The translations under genes and the position numbers were made by a program. Below, in pieces: positions 1 to 9,798 of a DNA stretch of 64,000 nucleotides. The notes beneath the pieces are model-generated. The model saw only the letters and a list, made by a program, of their open reading frames with translations. It was not told where the DNA came from and did not search any database. The number at the start of each line of letters is the position of its first letter. The stretch's first letter is position 1. Origin of the DNA: a virus (Duplodnaviria > Caudoviricetes); IMG/VR virus record IMGVR_UViG_3300028048_000091, positions 42,705-106,704 of that record. One strand, written 5' to 3'.

Positions 1-345
1 GTGCATTTTCGTTCATTAACTCTAAATGATACCTGTTCCACTCCCACTCTTCACCACGAGGGCCGGAAAAGTCACCATAGCCCTTGTCTTTTAACTCATA
101 TCTATAGTTACTCCAAGACGGAATAATGCCACAGATTAAATTAACTAAATCATTTGTTGAAAGTTCTAATAACATAGTATTCTCTTTATTTTATAAATTT
201 TAATTTAAAATATTCACCGCAGTAATAATATCGGATTTATATGCTTTATTACATTTTGCTAATGTTTTCCCCTTATAAGCAAAATCGATTGTATATTTAG
301 TTAAAAAATGTTAATCACAATATGAGCGATTTCTATTATAGTAAA

Positions 346-606
346 TCATTTCTTTAAATCTTTAAATCGTTTCAATACTTCTTGATAAAACTCTTTTTGT
401 TCTTCTTTGTCATCAGGGAATTTCATGAGATAAACATCACGTAAAACTTCGTAGCACAAATCAAACACTTTTTCCATATCTTCCCAAGTCAGTTCCAAGT
501 CTTTCTCTGCTTGGTGGTAGCCGTCTGCATAAGCATGTCCCATAGAATAGGGGTCTAATTTGTTTTTTGAAGCCCATTCCCATGCCTTTTCTTCTGCTTT
601 ACTCAT
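346..606 (-). CDS. Small phage protein, MSKAEE/GYHQAEKDLELTWED family
   Basis: Tandem paralog of 612-842 sharing MSKAEE, GYHQAEKDLELT and YQEVLKRFKD. Confidence 0.75.
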   Translation of the reverse strand: MSKAEEKAWEWASKNKLDPYSMGHAYADGYHQAEKDLELTWEDMEKVFDLCYEVLRDVYLMKFPDDKEEQKEFYQEVLKRFKDLKK

Positions 607-611
607 ATTAA

Positions 612-842
612 TTAATCTTTAAAGCGTTTCAATACTTCTTGATACGGATTACTATAATCAACACATTGATTTAGCAGTTTATCAATAGTTTTTATATCCT
701 CAATAGTTAGCTCCAAGTCTTTCTCTGCTTGGTGGTAGCCTTTAATAAATCCTTTACGCTCTCTAAGGTTTTCATCATACCCTTCACGTTCAGCAATCTT
801 TATAGGATATGCCTTTAACGCACGTTCTTCTGCCTTACTCAT
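612..842 (-). CDS. Small phage protein, MSKAEE family
   Basis: Near-identical DNA blocks shared with 346-606. Confidence 0.75.
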   Translation of the reverse strand: MSKAEERALKAYPIKIAEREGYDENLRERKGFIKGYHQAEKDLELTIEDIKTIDKLLNQCVDYSNPYQEVLKRFKD

Positions 843-1318
843 AACTCATCTTTCTTAATAACTAACAATTTATCACCTTCTTTACAGCCTTTAACACAAA
901 GTTTGTCATATAAACTTGATGGCAATGAAACATTGAAAGTTGTTTCAACAGCCTTTTCCATCATTTCATCTATTGTCTTTGTTCTACCTGCGAAATAAGC
1001 ATGGTCTTCAGCAAGTTCGATGGTGGATTGGTCTTGTTGTTTCTGCCACTTAGCAAAGTGTCTGGCAACATCAGTATAAGCCCATTTGTCACCATTTTCT
1101 TTAAAGTATCTTCCAATTTCTTCTTCCAAGTCATCGCTTACAGATTCTTCTTGAAATGAATTAATATATCTAAGAATGTCATCTCTTAGTCCTCCAATAG
1201 TGGCAGTATTGTCAAGTATGTTAAATCTATTGAATTTACTTATAACGCCAGCCTTAAGTTTTCTTTTTTCTTTATCTGTCATACCTCTTCTCCTTTCTGT
1301 GCTTTTAATGTTTACCAT
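839..1318 (-). CDS. Hypothetical phage protein (likely start MTDKEK)
   Basis: EESVSDDLEEE / ARHFAKWQKQQ module; similar start to the gene at 16312. Confidence 0.65.
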   Translation of the reverse strand: MVNIKSTERRRGMTDKEKRKLKAGVISKFNRFNILDNTATIGGLRDDILRYINSFQEESVSDDLEEEIGRYFKENGDKWAYTDVARHFAKWQKQQDQSTIELAEDHAYFAGRTKTIDEMMEKAVETTFNVSLPSSLYDKLCVKGCKEGDKLLVIKKDEL

Positions 1319-1967
1319 CGTCTCTTACAGGAGTTGTCAATGCTTTCTCTACTGACCACCCAAGAACATTAAGCCTTTCCCAAAGAGCACCATAATTTAT
1401 ATTCATAATTTCACTCCACTCTGGCATTGTATGCAACTCACCGTTATACTCATATTTACGAACATTTGACTTATTATTGGCTTGTGTCCTTATGCTTGCC
1501 CATCTACAGTTAGATGGTTCGTAATTTCCTCTATAATCTATTCTGTCTATTGTCAATTCATCAGAATAGCCATTTGCAAGTGCCCAATTATAAAAAGCCA
1601 TAAAGTCATTTTTCCACTCATCGCACATTCTTATACCTTTTGCCCCATATTTGAAATAAGCACCACTTGAGACAGTATAACATCGGCATTTCATAGAGTT
1701 CCATATCTTATACAATTTTGAATCAGTTGCCTCTTTTGGATAAACACTTGTTCCATTATTATTTCTATGAGTAAAAAACATTTCGTTTCTTAGACATCCG
1801 CAAGACTGTGTTCTTCCGTGAATAACCCTATCCATAGAATATTCTTTTATATTTCCACAATCACATTTACACAAAATACGTCTTTTACTACCAATAGGAG
1901 ACACCTCTTTAATGATAGTAAGTTTCCCGTATTTTTGTCCTTCGGTTACTTCAATTTTATTCTTCAT
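1305..1967 (-). CDS. HNH-type homing endonuclease
   Basis: CKCDCG and SCGC zinc motifs, LTIDRIDYRGNYEPSNCRWA HNH-like motif; start MKNK overlaps the upstream stop. Confidence 0.8.
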   Translation of the reverse strand: MKNKIEVTEGQKYGKLTIIKEVSPIGSKRRILCKCDCGNIKEYSMDRVIHGRTQSCGCLRNEMFFTHRNNNGTSVYPKEATDSKLYKIWNSMKCRCYTVSSGAYFKYGAKGIRMCDEWKNDFMAFYNWALANGYSDELTIDRIDYRGNYEPSNCRWASIRTQANNKSNVRKYEYNGELHTMPEWSEIMNINYGALWERLNVLGWSVEKALTTPVRDDGKH

Positions 1968-2349
1968 TGTTATTGTAGTTTTTTGACTGTTGCATACCAA
2001 GTTCAAAGAAATGCTTGGCACATAATGCTATATCTTGGCCATTAGGCTCTTCCTTTGTTCTATTAGCAAAGAAGCCCATTGTTTGAGAGCCAAAGAAATT
2101 ACTGCTTATGTAATTGTCAATTTCCTTTTCTAAATCCACCTCTTTCATCTCAATGGTGTCAAGAAATACTTTAAGAGAAGCTATACAAAACGCCTTACCA
2201 GCAAGCCAGTCCAGCTTGTTTTCTTCAGTTGGCTGAAGACTATCAGAAGGTCTTACTCTGCGAAGTCTATCAATCTCCGCCACTAAAGCGGATTTATCAA
2301 TCAGTTTCATGATATTTTCCTTTCTGTGCTTTAAGTTAATTCTATCCAT
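1957..2349 (-). CDS. Phage protein, IDKSALVAEI...KEVDLEKEI family
   Basis: Motifs shared with 2331-2723, 32564-33199 and 33331-33663. Confidence 0.7.
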   Translation of the reverse strand: MDRINLKHRKENIMKLIDKSALVAEIDRLRRVRPSDSLQPTEENKLDWLAGKAFCIASLKVFLDTIEMKEVDLEKEIDNYISSNFFGSQTMGFFANRTKEEPNGQDIALCAKHFFELGMQQSKNYNNNEE

Positions 2350-2723
2350 TTTACAATATCATCAACATTGTCATAATCATCATTAACTCCATATATATGT
2401 ACGTTAATATGGCCCTCACAATCTTCATCAAGATTACCAGTAAACTTTTGGATTGTTCCATCTTTCATTATACATGCAAATGTTTGAAGGCTCCAATCTT
2501 TAACTGCATCATATATATCTTCTTTTTCTTGTAAATGCCAAGTTTCCACCTCTTTTACTTCAAGAGTGTTGATGATAGAAAGAACATTTTTCATTACCTC
2601 TATATCGTGTTCCCTTTGGAGTCTATAACGCCAATCCTCAATACTATCGAGGTTGATTTCGTTTATTTTTTTCTCTATCTCCGCTACTAAAGCGTCTTTC
2701 TCAATCAGTGCCATAATCATCAT
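2331..2723 (-). CDS. Phage protein, ALVAEI family
   Basis: IEKDALVAEI...LEVKEV. Confidence 0.7.
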   Translation of the reverse strand: MMIMALIEKDALVAEIEKKINEINLDSIEDWRYRLQREHDIEVMKNVLSIINTLEVKEVETWHLQEKEDIYDAVKDWSLQTFACIMKDGTIQKFTGNLDEDCEGHINVHIYGVNDDYDNVDDIVKWIELT

Positions 2724-2949
2724 AATTTAAGTCATCATTTGTTATATCCACATCATATTTAAAAACTAACTCGTAGTCTTGGTATCTCCAAACAAATTCC
2801 TCCCAGGCCGCCTTTGCTTCATCTTTCCATGATTGAGGTGCAGCGAGTTCACATAACGCCATTTCTGCTTCATAATGCCTTTCGCAAGCGTTAAGTAACT
2901 TTTCTTGAACTTTTTGTTTTATTGCGTCTTTGTTAATATATTGCACCAT
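2701..2949 (-). CDS. Hypothetical protein
   Basis: Packed in a co-oriented gene run. Confidence 0.6.
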   Translation of the reverse strand: MVQYINKDAIKQKVQEKLLNACERHYEAEMALCELAAPQSWKDEAKAAWEEFVWRYQDYELVFKYDVDITNDDLNYDDYGTD

Positions 2950-2952
2950 AAT

Positions 2953-3258
2953 CTAGCCGTTAAATTTACCGTCCCATTTATCTAAATTATAATAATCTGC
3001 ATAGAAATCACTCCTATTCATTGTATTCAAAATCTGTTTATGAGCAAGTTGCAAGTCTTCCCATAACTGCTCGATAACCATAGAGAGGTCTATGTCGTCA
3101 TTTTCTATGTTAGCGAGAATTTTTTCAACTTGTTTTTCCCTTTGATGAAGATACCTACTAATAAGATGATGACATTTTGTTATGCTATCTTCACTATTTA
3201 TCTGTTTAAGCAAATTCTCAGTCCAAAATTGCTCATACTTTCCATCAATTTTTGCCAT
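2953..3258 (-). CDS. Hypothetical protein
   Basis: Packed ORF ending in TAG just before the next ATG. Confidence 0.6.
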   Translation of the reverse strand: MAKIDGKYEQFWTENLLKQINSEDSITKCHHLISRYLHQREKQVEKILANIENDDIDLSMVIEQLWEDLQLAHKQILNTMNRSDFYADYYNLDKWDGKFNG

Positions 3259-3264
3259 AACTAT

Positions 3265-3573
3265 TCATATTTTATGATAATCAGGTGAAAACTTACCACG
3301 TTCATTATATTCTTTTTCAATTTCAGAAAGTGTGCGTTCGTAAGTTTCTTTTGCGAGTTCTTTACGTCGCTCATAGGTATCTTTTTTCATAGGAGCATAT
3401 TTGTCTTTATATTCTTTCCATTCAAGAATATCAAGATGCTCATCTCTGTCAGAGCATTGGTCTATTTTACTTGCAATAAAATTTCTTGCCTCAAACTGAG
3501 CACAAAAAGGACTGTTCTTAGCAATATTATTGTAAACAGTTTTTGCTTCATTTAATAATTCTTCGTAATTCAT
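3265..3573 (-). CDS. Hypothetical protein
   Basis: Packed ORF. Confidence 0.6.
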   Translation of the reverse strand: MNYEELLNEAKTVYNNIAKNSPFCAQFEARNFIASKIDQCSDRDEHLDILEWKEYKDKYAPMKKDTYERRKELAKETYERTLSEIEKEYNERGKFSPDYHKI

Positions 3574-3576
3574 ATA

Positions 3577-3759
3577 TTATTTTCCTTTTAATGAATTTAA
3601 TAAATTTTCTGCTCTCTTCTTATTTCCAAATCCCTTAATATCGACCCATTTGTCAGTAAAGAAGCCTTCTTTTAGAACTTGTACAAAGTATCCGTCATAA
3701 GGAATACAGCCGCCATTAGCATAACATGGGTATCTGTGGTCAATTCTATACCTTACCAT
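3577..3759 (-). CDS. Hypothetical protein
   Basis: Packed ORF. Confidence 0.55.
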   Translation of the reverse strand: MVRYRIDHRYPCYANGGCIPYDGYFVQVLKEGFFTDKWVDIKGFGNKKRAENLLNSLKGK

Positions 3760-3761
3760 AT

Positions 3762-3940
3762 CTTACTCTCTTTTCAGATAGTTTTTAAAATCCTTGATAA
3801 ACTTTGCAGTATCAGCACAATCCTCACTTGGGTATTTGAGATGATTGTCTCTTATCCACTCACAAGCCTCCTCAATAAAAGAATCAGTTCTAGTGTACTC
3901 AATTTTAATCAGTCATCGGAAAATCCTTTGCCTTCATCAT
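3762..3940 (-). pseudogene. Broken paralog of 33993-34232
   Basis: IEYTRTDSFIEEACEWIRDNHLKYPSEDCADTAKFIKDFKNY is out of frame with its start MMKAKDFP. Confidence 0.65.
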
Positions 3941-4159
3941 TCTATCCCTAAGTTTTGCATCGTATTCCTTTTGTTTCCTTTCAATGCGTTTATCTATCTC
4001 TGCGATTTCTTCCCTGCTATGAACAGAGAAAAAATCAACTGCTTCGTTTGCTTTCATAATTCAATAGTTTTTTCAATTCCACAAAGTCTTAATGCTTGCT
4101 GTAGTTGATGAACATACTTAAAGTACATTTCATCCATACATCCATTTTTTCCATTTGTT

Positions 4160-5368
4160 TTATAAGATTATAGTGTATCTTTCTTTGAGGGATTTGAGCC
4201 AATTTGCACATTTTTTAGCATTGCCATCTTGAACCATGCAATTTTCGCAAAATACAATAAGTTGATTTATACAACACTCATCCTCTTCACTCCAAGCAGC
4301 AGTATTTTGTCTAACAGGCTCATAAAGTTCCCATTCGTCCTGTTCTGTAATATCACAGATAATTCTATCGTTATACCAATATTTTCCACCTGTAATATCG
4401 GTAATTACAAATGAACCAAAATCATTTATGTCGGAATTATGCCTTTTAGCAATGGTGTCGCCAATATTGAAAATAGGAATAATAATCTCCTTCAACTCTT
4501 TCTTTTCAGCATCCCATTCATATCCTGCTTCTTTCATCTTTTGAAATAAAAGGTCACGCTGTTTTTTGATGGCAGGTTTTATGTCTTGCATCCAAGTCCA
4601 TTCACCAAATTTCCCGTCTGACTCAATTTTAAAACCATCATCGACACTTATACCACAATAAGCATAACTATTTTTATTGGTATCTATCTTCTTGAAAATA
4701 AATGGTAAATTACCATCAGCAAGCACATCACCATCCTTTGCATCTTGAATGGTCCAGAGATGATACATATCGCACCAAGAACCACTGAAGTACACACCAT
4801 CATCAAGAGTATACCCGTCACCATCTTTATCTACAGATACTACTTGATTTACCTTGCCATAGCTTGTAACAACCCAATCACCTTCATGAAACTTTGGCTC
4901 AACCTTATCAGCAAACTTCTGCTCACCTTGCTTTTCAAGCCAAGCAATACGTTCATCTTTAATTTCAATAAAATGCTGTTCTGGATTTTTAATAACAAAG
5001 TTGTCAAGAACTCCATCTTTATTACATTTATAAATTAAACCTTTCTTAAATGTTTCATTGTCAGCCCTTTCCCACCGTGATTTATAACAAAAATAACTAT
5101 TTCCTGCTTTCAATTCAAGTTTAATACATTCAATTTCTTGTCTTTTAAGCCACGATATAAATTCTCTCATTTTATCAGAATGTTCTTGAATACTGCATTG
5201 AGGTATTTCTTCTTGGAAATAGAATATCATCTCTTTCCTTATCCTCTCATCCTCGCTCTCTTGGAGTTCGGGAATAAGAGTTTCAAGTGCCTCACGCAAC
5301 CTTGTAAAACTACTATCAGGCCAATTCTTTTTAACGACCTCTATTGCTTCTTTTCTTTCCATAATCAC
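4160..5368 (-). CDS. Mosaic phage protein (PELQESEDERIRK / WLEKQGEQK / WTIQDAKDGDVL / WSEEDE modules)
   Basis: Paralog of 10062-10628 and 35209-36237. Confidence 0.8.
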   Translation of the reverse strand: MIMERKEAIEVVKKNWPDSSFTRLREALETLIPELQESEDERIRKEMIFYFQEEIPQCSIQEHSDKMREFISWLKRQEIECIKLELKAGNSYFCYKSRWERADNETFKKGLIYKCNKDGVLDNFVIKNPEQHFIEIKDERIAWLEKQGEQKFADKVEPKFHEGDWVVTSYGKVNQVVSVDKDGDGYTLDDGVYFSGSWCDMYHLWTIQDAKDGDVLADGNLPFIFKKIDTNKNSYAYCGISVDDGFKIESDGKFGEWTWMQDIKPAIKKQRDLLFQKMKEAGYEWDAEKKELKEIIIPIFNIGDTIAKRHNSDINDFGSFVITDITGGKYWYNDRIICDITEQDEWELYEPVRQNTAAWSEEDECCINQLIVFCENCMVQDGNAKKCANWLKSLKERYTIIL

Positions 5369-5766
5369 AACAAATTTAATTCGTTCAACTTTTCAATCAT
5401 AGCTACACAAGCATCAACCCAATTATCTCTACCAATACAATACAAAGTATTATCATCATTAACAGAAGGTGTAAAACTGTAACTAACACAATGATAATAA
5501 GAACGAAAGAGATTGAGATGGAATGTCTTTTGGCAACTTTCGCCTTCTATATATTTGGTTATAGATTGTGGCAAAACACCAAGCAAAGCTGCAAGACTCC
5601 AAGCACGAACATGTCCTTCTTCTTCATTAAAATCACCATCATCCATTGCTTCTATATAGTACCTTTTGCCCGAAGACCACAAATACATATCCGCACTTTC
5701 AAGCGGTAAAATTTCTGCCAACTTCTTTGACTGAGACAAGTCTGTGTGTGATTTAATTGTTGCCAT
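5365..5766 (-). CDS. Phage protein, QSKKL...AWSLxALL family
   Basis: Paralog of 28353-28733. Confidence 0.7.
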   Translation of the reverse strand: MATIKSHTDLSQSKKLAEILPLESADMYLWSSGKRYYIEAMDDGDFNEEEGHVRAWSLAALLGVLPQSITKYIEGESCQKTFHLNLFRSYYHCVSYSFTPSVNDDNTLYCIGRDNWVDACVAMIEKLNELNLL

Positions 5767-5768
5767 AG

Positions 5769-6047
5769 TTATTTATTTCTATATTTTTCTAATTTAGCAT
5801 TTGCCCAGTTTTTAACATCTTCTTTAGATACTTGTTCTTTAGAATATGCAATAACGTCAGAGTCATCAGTTGATAATACCATCCATTTACCGTTTTTCCA
5901 CTCGTTTAAAGTGGTATAGATACCTCCAAGACCGCATTTAATGGTTATATAATATCCATCCTCTTTAGGTGGGTATTTTGCCAATTTATAATCGCAACCA
6001 CCCTTGAAATTAAAGATATGTTCTGTGTCTAAATTAATTGTTGCCAT
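5769..6047 (-). CDS. Hypothetical protein
   Basis: Packed ORF. Confidence 0.6.
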   Translation of the reverse strand: MATINLDTEHIFNFKGGCDYKLAKYPPKEDGYYITIKCGLGGIYTTLNEWKNGKWMVLSTDDSDVIAYSKEQVSKEDVKNWANAKLEKYRNK

Positions 6048-6053
6048 AGTTAT

Positions 6054-6431
6054 TTAAATTAAGTTTTCAAGACAATACTTAATCGCTGCTTCAACAGTTT
6101 CTTCATAAGTTGGACAATCTTTCGATATAATATTTTCGTAATAATTATCTCCTTGCCACAATGATGCTACATAACTTGAATTTTTCTCATTAATATAATC
6201 ATACATATGAGGCTCAATTACTATAAAAATATTATGCACTTCTCTCAACCACTTCATCGTCATTTGCTGAGTCGGGGCAGATAAATAAACACCATGATTA
6301 TTAAAATCTCGTCTATTAGATATTAGTGCAATTTCGTTATCTGAGATAAAATAAGAATTACACCATTCATTAAATCTTTTCTCTTTCAAAAGTTTTGCTG
6401 TTTCAAAACTAACGTAATCTTCTGTAATCAT
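6054..6431 (-). CDS. Conserved Bacteroidetes-phage protein (EDYVSFETAKLLKEK)
   Basis: Recognisable motif SAPTQQM..KWLREVHNI. Confidence 0.65.
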   Translation of the reverse strand: MITEDYVSFETAKLLKEKRFNEWCNSYFISDNEIALISNRRDFNNHGVYLSAPTQQMTMKWLREVHNIFIVIEPHMYDYINEKNSSYVASLWQGDNYYENIISKDCPTYEETVEAAIKYCLENLI

Positions 6432-6907
6432 ATTGTATCTTCTTTAATAATTTGTTCCTTTTCTTCTTGTGTATAATCGAACTTGTCAATGTTTGCAACA
6501 AGATTCTCCCATAGTTTACCAGTCACATCAAGTGTTGCAGAATTCCAATAAGAACCAATTCCAAACCAATCACCTTGTTTTGTCCTAACAAATACTCCAA
6601 GTTCATCATTCTCTCCTTTATATGTAATGACAAATTTATCTGTTCGTCTAGAATATAACCAATAATGGTCTTTAGCTGTTTTACAATATTTTTTAAATTC
6701 ATTCGGATATTTCCTCTTGAATTCCATGTGGCTAAGAACTTCATCAATCTTGATAATATAGTGCCGAGAAAATGTTATCTTTCCATCGTCAAAACAATGA
6801 TATTTCTTACCAACTTCCGGAATTGGTTTCATATACTTCTTGCGACTATATAATACCGTTCTGTCAGGTAAAGGATAACCATTTGGCTTTTTGTGTTTAT
6901 TTTGCAT
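6428..6907 (-). CDS. Hypothetical protein
   Basis: Packed ORF. Confidence 0.6.
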   Translation of the reverse strand: MQNKHKKPNGYPLPDRTVLYSRKKYMKPIPEVGKKYHCFDDGKITFSRHYIIKIDEVLSHMEFKRKYPNEFKKYCKTAKDHYWLYSRRTDKFVITYKGENDELGVFVRTKQGDWFGIGSYWNSATLDVTGKLWENLVANIDKFDYTQEEKEQIIKEDTI

Positions 6908-7151
6908 ATTTAATCTGATTTAAAATTTCTTTCTTTAACTTCTCTCTTGCAATAGAGTCTCTTCTGATGCAATTCTTACAATTACCTTTGTGCTCTATTC
7001 CTGTAGAATAATCTGTAATGTAATACTCAATGTATTCACAACTATCAAGAATAACCACCTTATTGGAAATATCTTGATTGTTCCTAAACGTACAACTTGA
7101 TAGTAATGAAATAGTGAAAAACAATAAAAATAACTTCTTTAACATATACAT
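6897..7151 (-). CDS. Putative lipoprotein
   Basis: Signal peptide with lipobox LLSSC; first gene after a promoter. Confidence 0.6.
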   Translation of the reverse strand: MYMLKKLFLLFFTISLLSSCTFRNNQDISNKVVILDSCEYIEYYITDYSTGIEHKGNCKNCIRRDSIAREKLKKEILNQIKYAK

Positions 7152-7189
7152 TTTTATTTTGCTAAATGTAACGATTTCTTTTTCCGATG

Positions 7190-7243
7190 CAAAGATACTA
7201 TAAAAAGTTGAGAAAACAAAGAAATTTTAGTTAAAAATATTAA
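7190..7243 (-). promoter_or_regulatory. Bacteroidetes housekeeping promoter
   Basis: TTTG-N19-TATCTTTG with upstream TTAAy repeat; nearly identical to 40672-40726. Confidence 0.85.
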
Positions 7244-7263
7244 AAATATTGGGTGTTTTTTGT

Positions 7264-7292
7264 AGTGATATACTATTAAATAGTATATCACT
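7264..7292. promoter_or_regulatory. 29-bp palindrome centred on TATTAAATA upstream of the DGR-type gene
   Basis: AGTGATATACTATT-A-AATAGTATATCACT. Confidence 0.6.
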
Positions 7293-7308
7293 GATTTGAA
7301 ACTAAAAA

Positions 7309-7911
7309 ATGAGAATAAGAGAATTATTAAGCACGTCAAGTGGTGGCATTGACCCAACGACTGGACGCGGAATGATAGGAAAATATGAGGTAGTTGACCT
7401 TGGTTTACCAAGTGGGTTGTTGTGGGCAACGTGTAACGTTGGAGCGACGAGGGAAGCAATATATGGAGACTTTTATATGTATGGTAAAGGCGCACAAACG
7501 TATTATTATGAAGACAGTGAGTATGAAGGTATGGAAAACCCACTAGCATCAAGTGTTGATACTGCAACACAAGTAATGGGTAGCGGATGGAGGATGCCAA
7601 CACAAACTGAACTAAATGAGTTGATTAATAATACTGCATTCAGTCTTTATACCATTGATGGCAGATATGGCGGAAAGTTTACAAGTAAGACAAATCCAAA
7701 TGCATATGTGTTTTTCCCTTTCGCTGGCAACTACATCGATGGTAATTACCAAAGTTACAATAGGCACTGCAACGTTTGGAGTTCTACGCCTAAAGATAAT
7801 AGCAACTCCTACGCTTTCTACTGTGGTGATGGCTACCCATCATCTCCGTATAAGGGCGTTAGTGACAGCCCTCGTAACTACGGGTTCTCGGTGCGTGGCG
7901 TACATACGTAA
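7309..7911 (+). CDS. CLec-fold (DUF1566/Fib_succ_major-like) protein, probable DGR target
   Basis: VDLGLPSGLLWATCNVGA, WRMPT..EL, FPFAG, WSS and RNYGFSVRGV motifs; VR-like 3' end. Confidence 0.8.
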   Translation: MRIRELLSTSSGGIDPTTGRGMIGKYEVVDLGLPSGLLWATCNVGATREAIYGDFYMYGKGAQTYYYEDSEYEGMENPLASSVDTATQVMGSGWRMPTQTELNELINNTAFSLYTIDGRYGGKFTSKTNPNAYVFFPFAGNYIDGNYQSYNRHCNVWSSTPKDNSNSYAFYCGDGYPSSPYKGVSDSPRNYGFSVRGVHT

Positions 7912-8055
7912 GTTTGATAATTTACTAGATTCTTCAATTTTATAAACAATATGTATATCCGACAGCACAGTTATGCCAGAGCGTTCATGAAACTATAATA
8001 TATAAAGAAAATATTATCAATAGTTTTTTCATTTTAAAGTTTAGTATATATAGTC

Positions 8056-8096
8056 AAAGAGGCAGATGTCAATGGTTTAGCATCTACCTCTTTTTA
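8056..8096. terminator. Bidirectional intrinsic terminator
   Basis: AAAGAGGCAGATG...CATCTACCTCTTTTT between convergent genes. Confidence 0.7.
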
Positions 8097-8098
8097 TT

Positions 8099-8902
8099 TT
8101 AATTAATTTCTTGCCAATTGGCATTATATATCTTTCCTGTTTGGTTATCCTTAATATATGTAATTGGCACAGGTTTTAGCGAATTAACAACGATTGCAGA
8201 CCCTCCTTTCCAATATTGTGCAACAAATGGATAATGTTTAAATGCATTTACCAATGTGCCATATCTCTCAATATCATTCTCAAAATCGTATACTTGATTA
8301 GGATTTACAAGACAATAATATGTATATTGGCTACCGTTTGATTGGTCATTACCGGGTTCTTTACTTCCCCAAAAGTAGATACCTATATCTGAATTATTGG
8401 AATATGTATTAGGTTGTCCTTTTTTAACAACCCCATCTGTTATCTTATATGAACTGTCATGCTTCAATACGACTTTATCCCCCGACATTTCAAGTTGACT
8501 CAAAAACATTTGATGTTTCTGTTCTTGCTCTTCTGTCTTTTTCTTTCCAAGGAATACTTCTCCGTAATAGGTATCTCTATATTGGTCATATATCTGTAGG
8601 TATTGTTTCTGATATGCAGGTATATTCAGTTCATTACCTGTACCATCAGGTTTTGTATTATATCCACTTGCTCTGTATCTGAATGTACTGAAATCATCTG
8701 TTTGTGGAAAATTAGGATTAACCATAAGATAGGCATCACCGCCAGTTCCAATATAAGAACCGTTTTTGATAATACCTATATTAATCCAATTTGTCATATC
8801 TGTTTCAGATAGACTTTCGTTAAGAAACCTAACATCAGGGTTAAGTTTCTCCATCCATTCGTTAACGTTATCTAACCAATCCTTATTGTTATTTACTCCC
8901 AT
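8099..8902 (-). CDS. Putative virion-internal protein with ADP-ribosyltransferase-like C-terminus
   Basis: Leader shared with 8893-9807; LKHDSS...GIYFW...YCLVNPNQVYDF resembles the ART HGS/GIYF pattern. Confidence 0.5.
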   Translation of the reverse strand: MGVNNNKDWLDNVNEWMEKLNPDVRFLNESLSETDMTNWINIGIIKNGSYIGTGGDAYLMVNPNFPQTDDFSTFRYRASGYNTKPDGTGNELNIPAYQKQYLQIYDQYRDTYYGEVFLGKKKTEEQEQKHQMFLSQLEMSGDKVVLKHDSSYKITDGVVKKGQPNTYSNNSDIGIYFWGSKEPGNDQSNGSQYTYYCLVNPNQVYDFENDIERYGTLVNAFKHYPFVAQYWKGGSAIVVNSLKPVPITYIKDNQTGKIYNANWQEIN

Positions 8903-9798
8903 ATCATAACTTCTCCTTTTCGTCTCATTCTTTCCGATAACTGACAAGGCATCGGATTAACATAGCATTCACCGAATGAAATATCATATGTATATCGTTT
9001 TCCAATACTATCGATGTCATTAAGATGTTCTTGATAATACTTTTCAAAGCCATCGTTTGTTACAGGAATATTGTTTTGATGGCAATATGTTTTATATTTG
9101 CCAAGTAGTTTATTGCGAATTTCCTTATTTACTTCATCCTTTGATTTAAATGAGGTGAAATATTCTTGTTTGGGGTCATTCTTCCAATATTTATTACTTT
9201 CTCGGCTATTAACCTTATTACCATTTTTATCAACCCATATTGGTGCTTCATTAGGTGCTTTAATAAGAACGCTGTCTTGGTCATACTTAGCACAAAGTGA
9301 TAAACCAAACTGTTTTAATTCATCAAAATCTTTTGTTTGGCCATCTGTTGTATAATTAAATACGATAAATGACGGTTCATAATCGTCCTCGACACCGTTT
9401 GTACCTCTATAACCACCGTATGTAGGTAAGAATGAATATCCACTTTTCTGCAAGTCACTGATAAGTGCCTTTGTTTGTGCATCATTCCTTTCTTGTGGCA
9501 TATCACTCCTATTAGCACTAATGTTAATCATACCATTTGTGCCATGTTTCTGAAGTACTCTATCAAGAGTGACTTCATCAATCCTAACAGGCTTATTATG
9601 ATTGCTTATAATACCATAGAAACGGTTCATTACATCTTCATTTACAGTCTTCGCTTTTTCATGAAGTTGTCTGAATGCTTCCTTTCGGTTTCTTTGTTCT
9701 TCTTCGATACTGAGTTTTACTTCATTAATGAAATGGACTTCTGGATTAAGTTTCTCCATCCATTCGTTAACGTTACCTAACCAATCCTTATTGTTATT
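8816..9798 (-). repeat. 78-bp direct repeat (8816-8893 and 9721-9798) encoding a shared N-terminal leader
   Basis: NNNKDWLxNVNEWMEKLNPxVxFxNE in both proteins. Confidence 0.9.

Noticed and set aside
346-5368. CRISPR array suggested by recurring short repeats
   Set aside because: Repeats lie inside coding sequence, are degenerate and are irregularly spaced
7154-7603. 149-aa minus-strand ORF
   Set aside because: Antisense to the CLec gene and runs through a promoter
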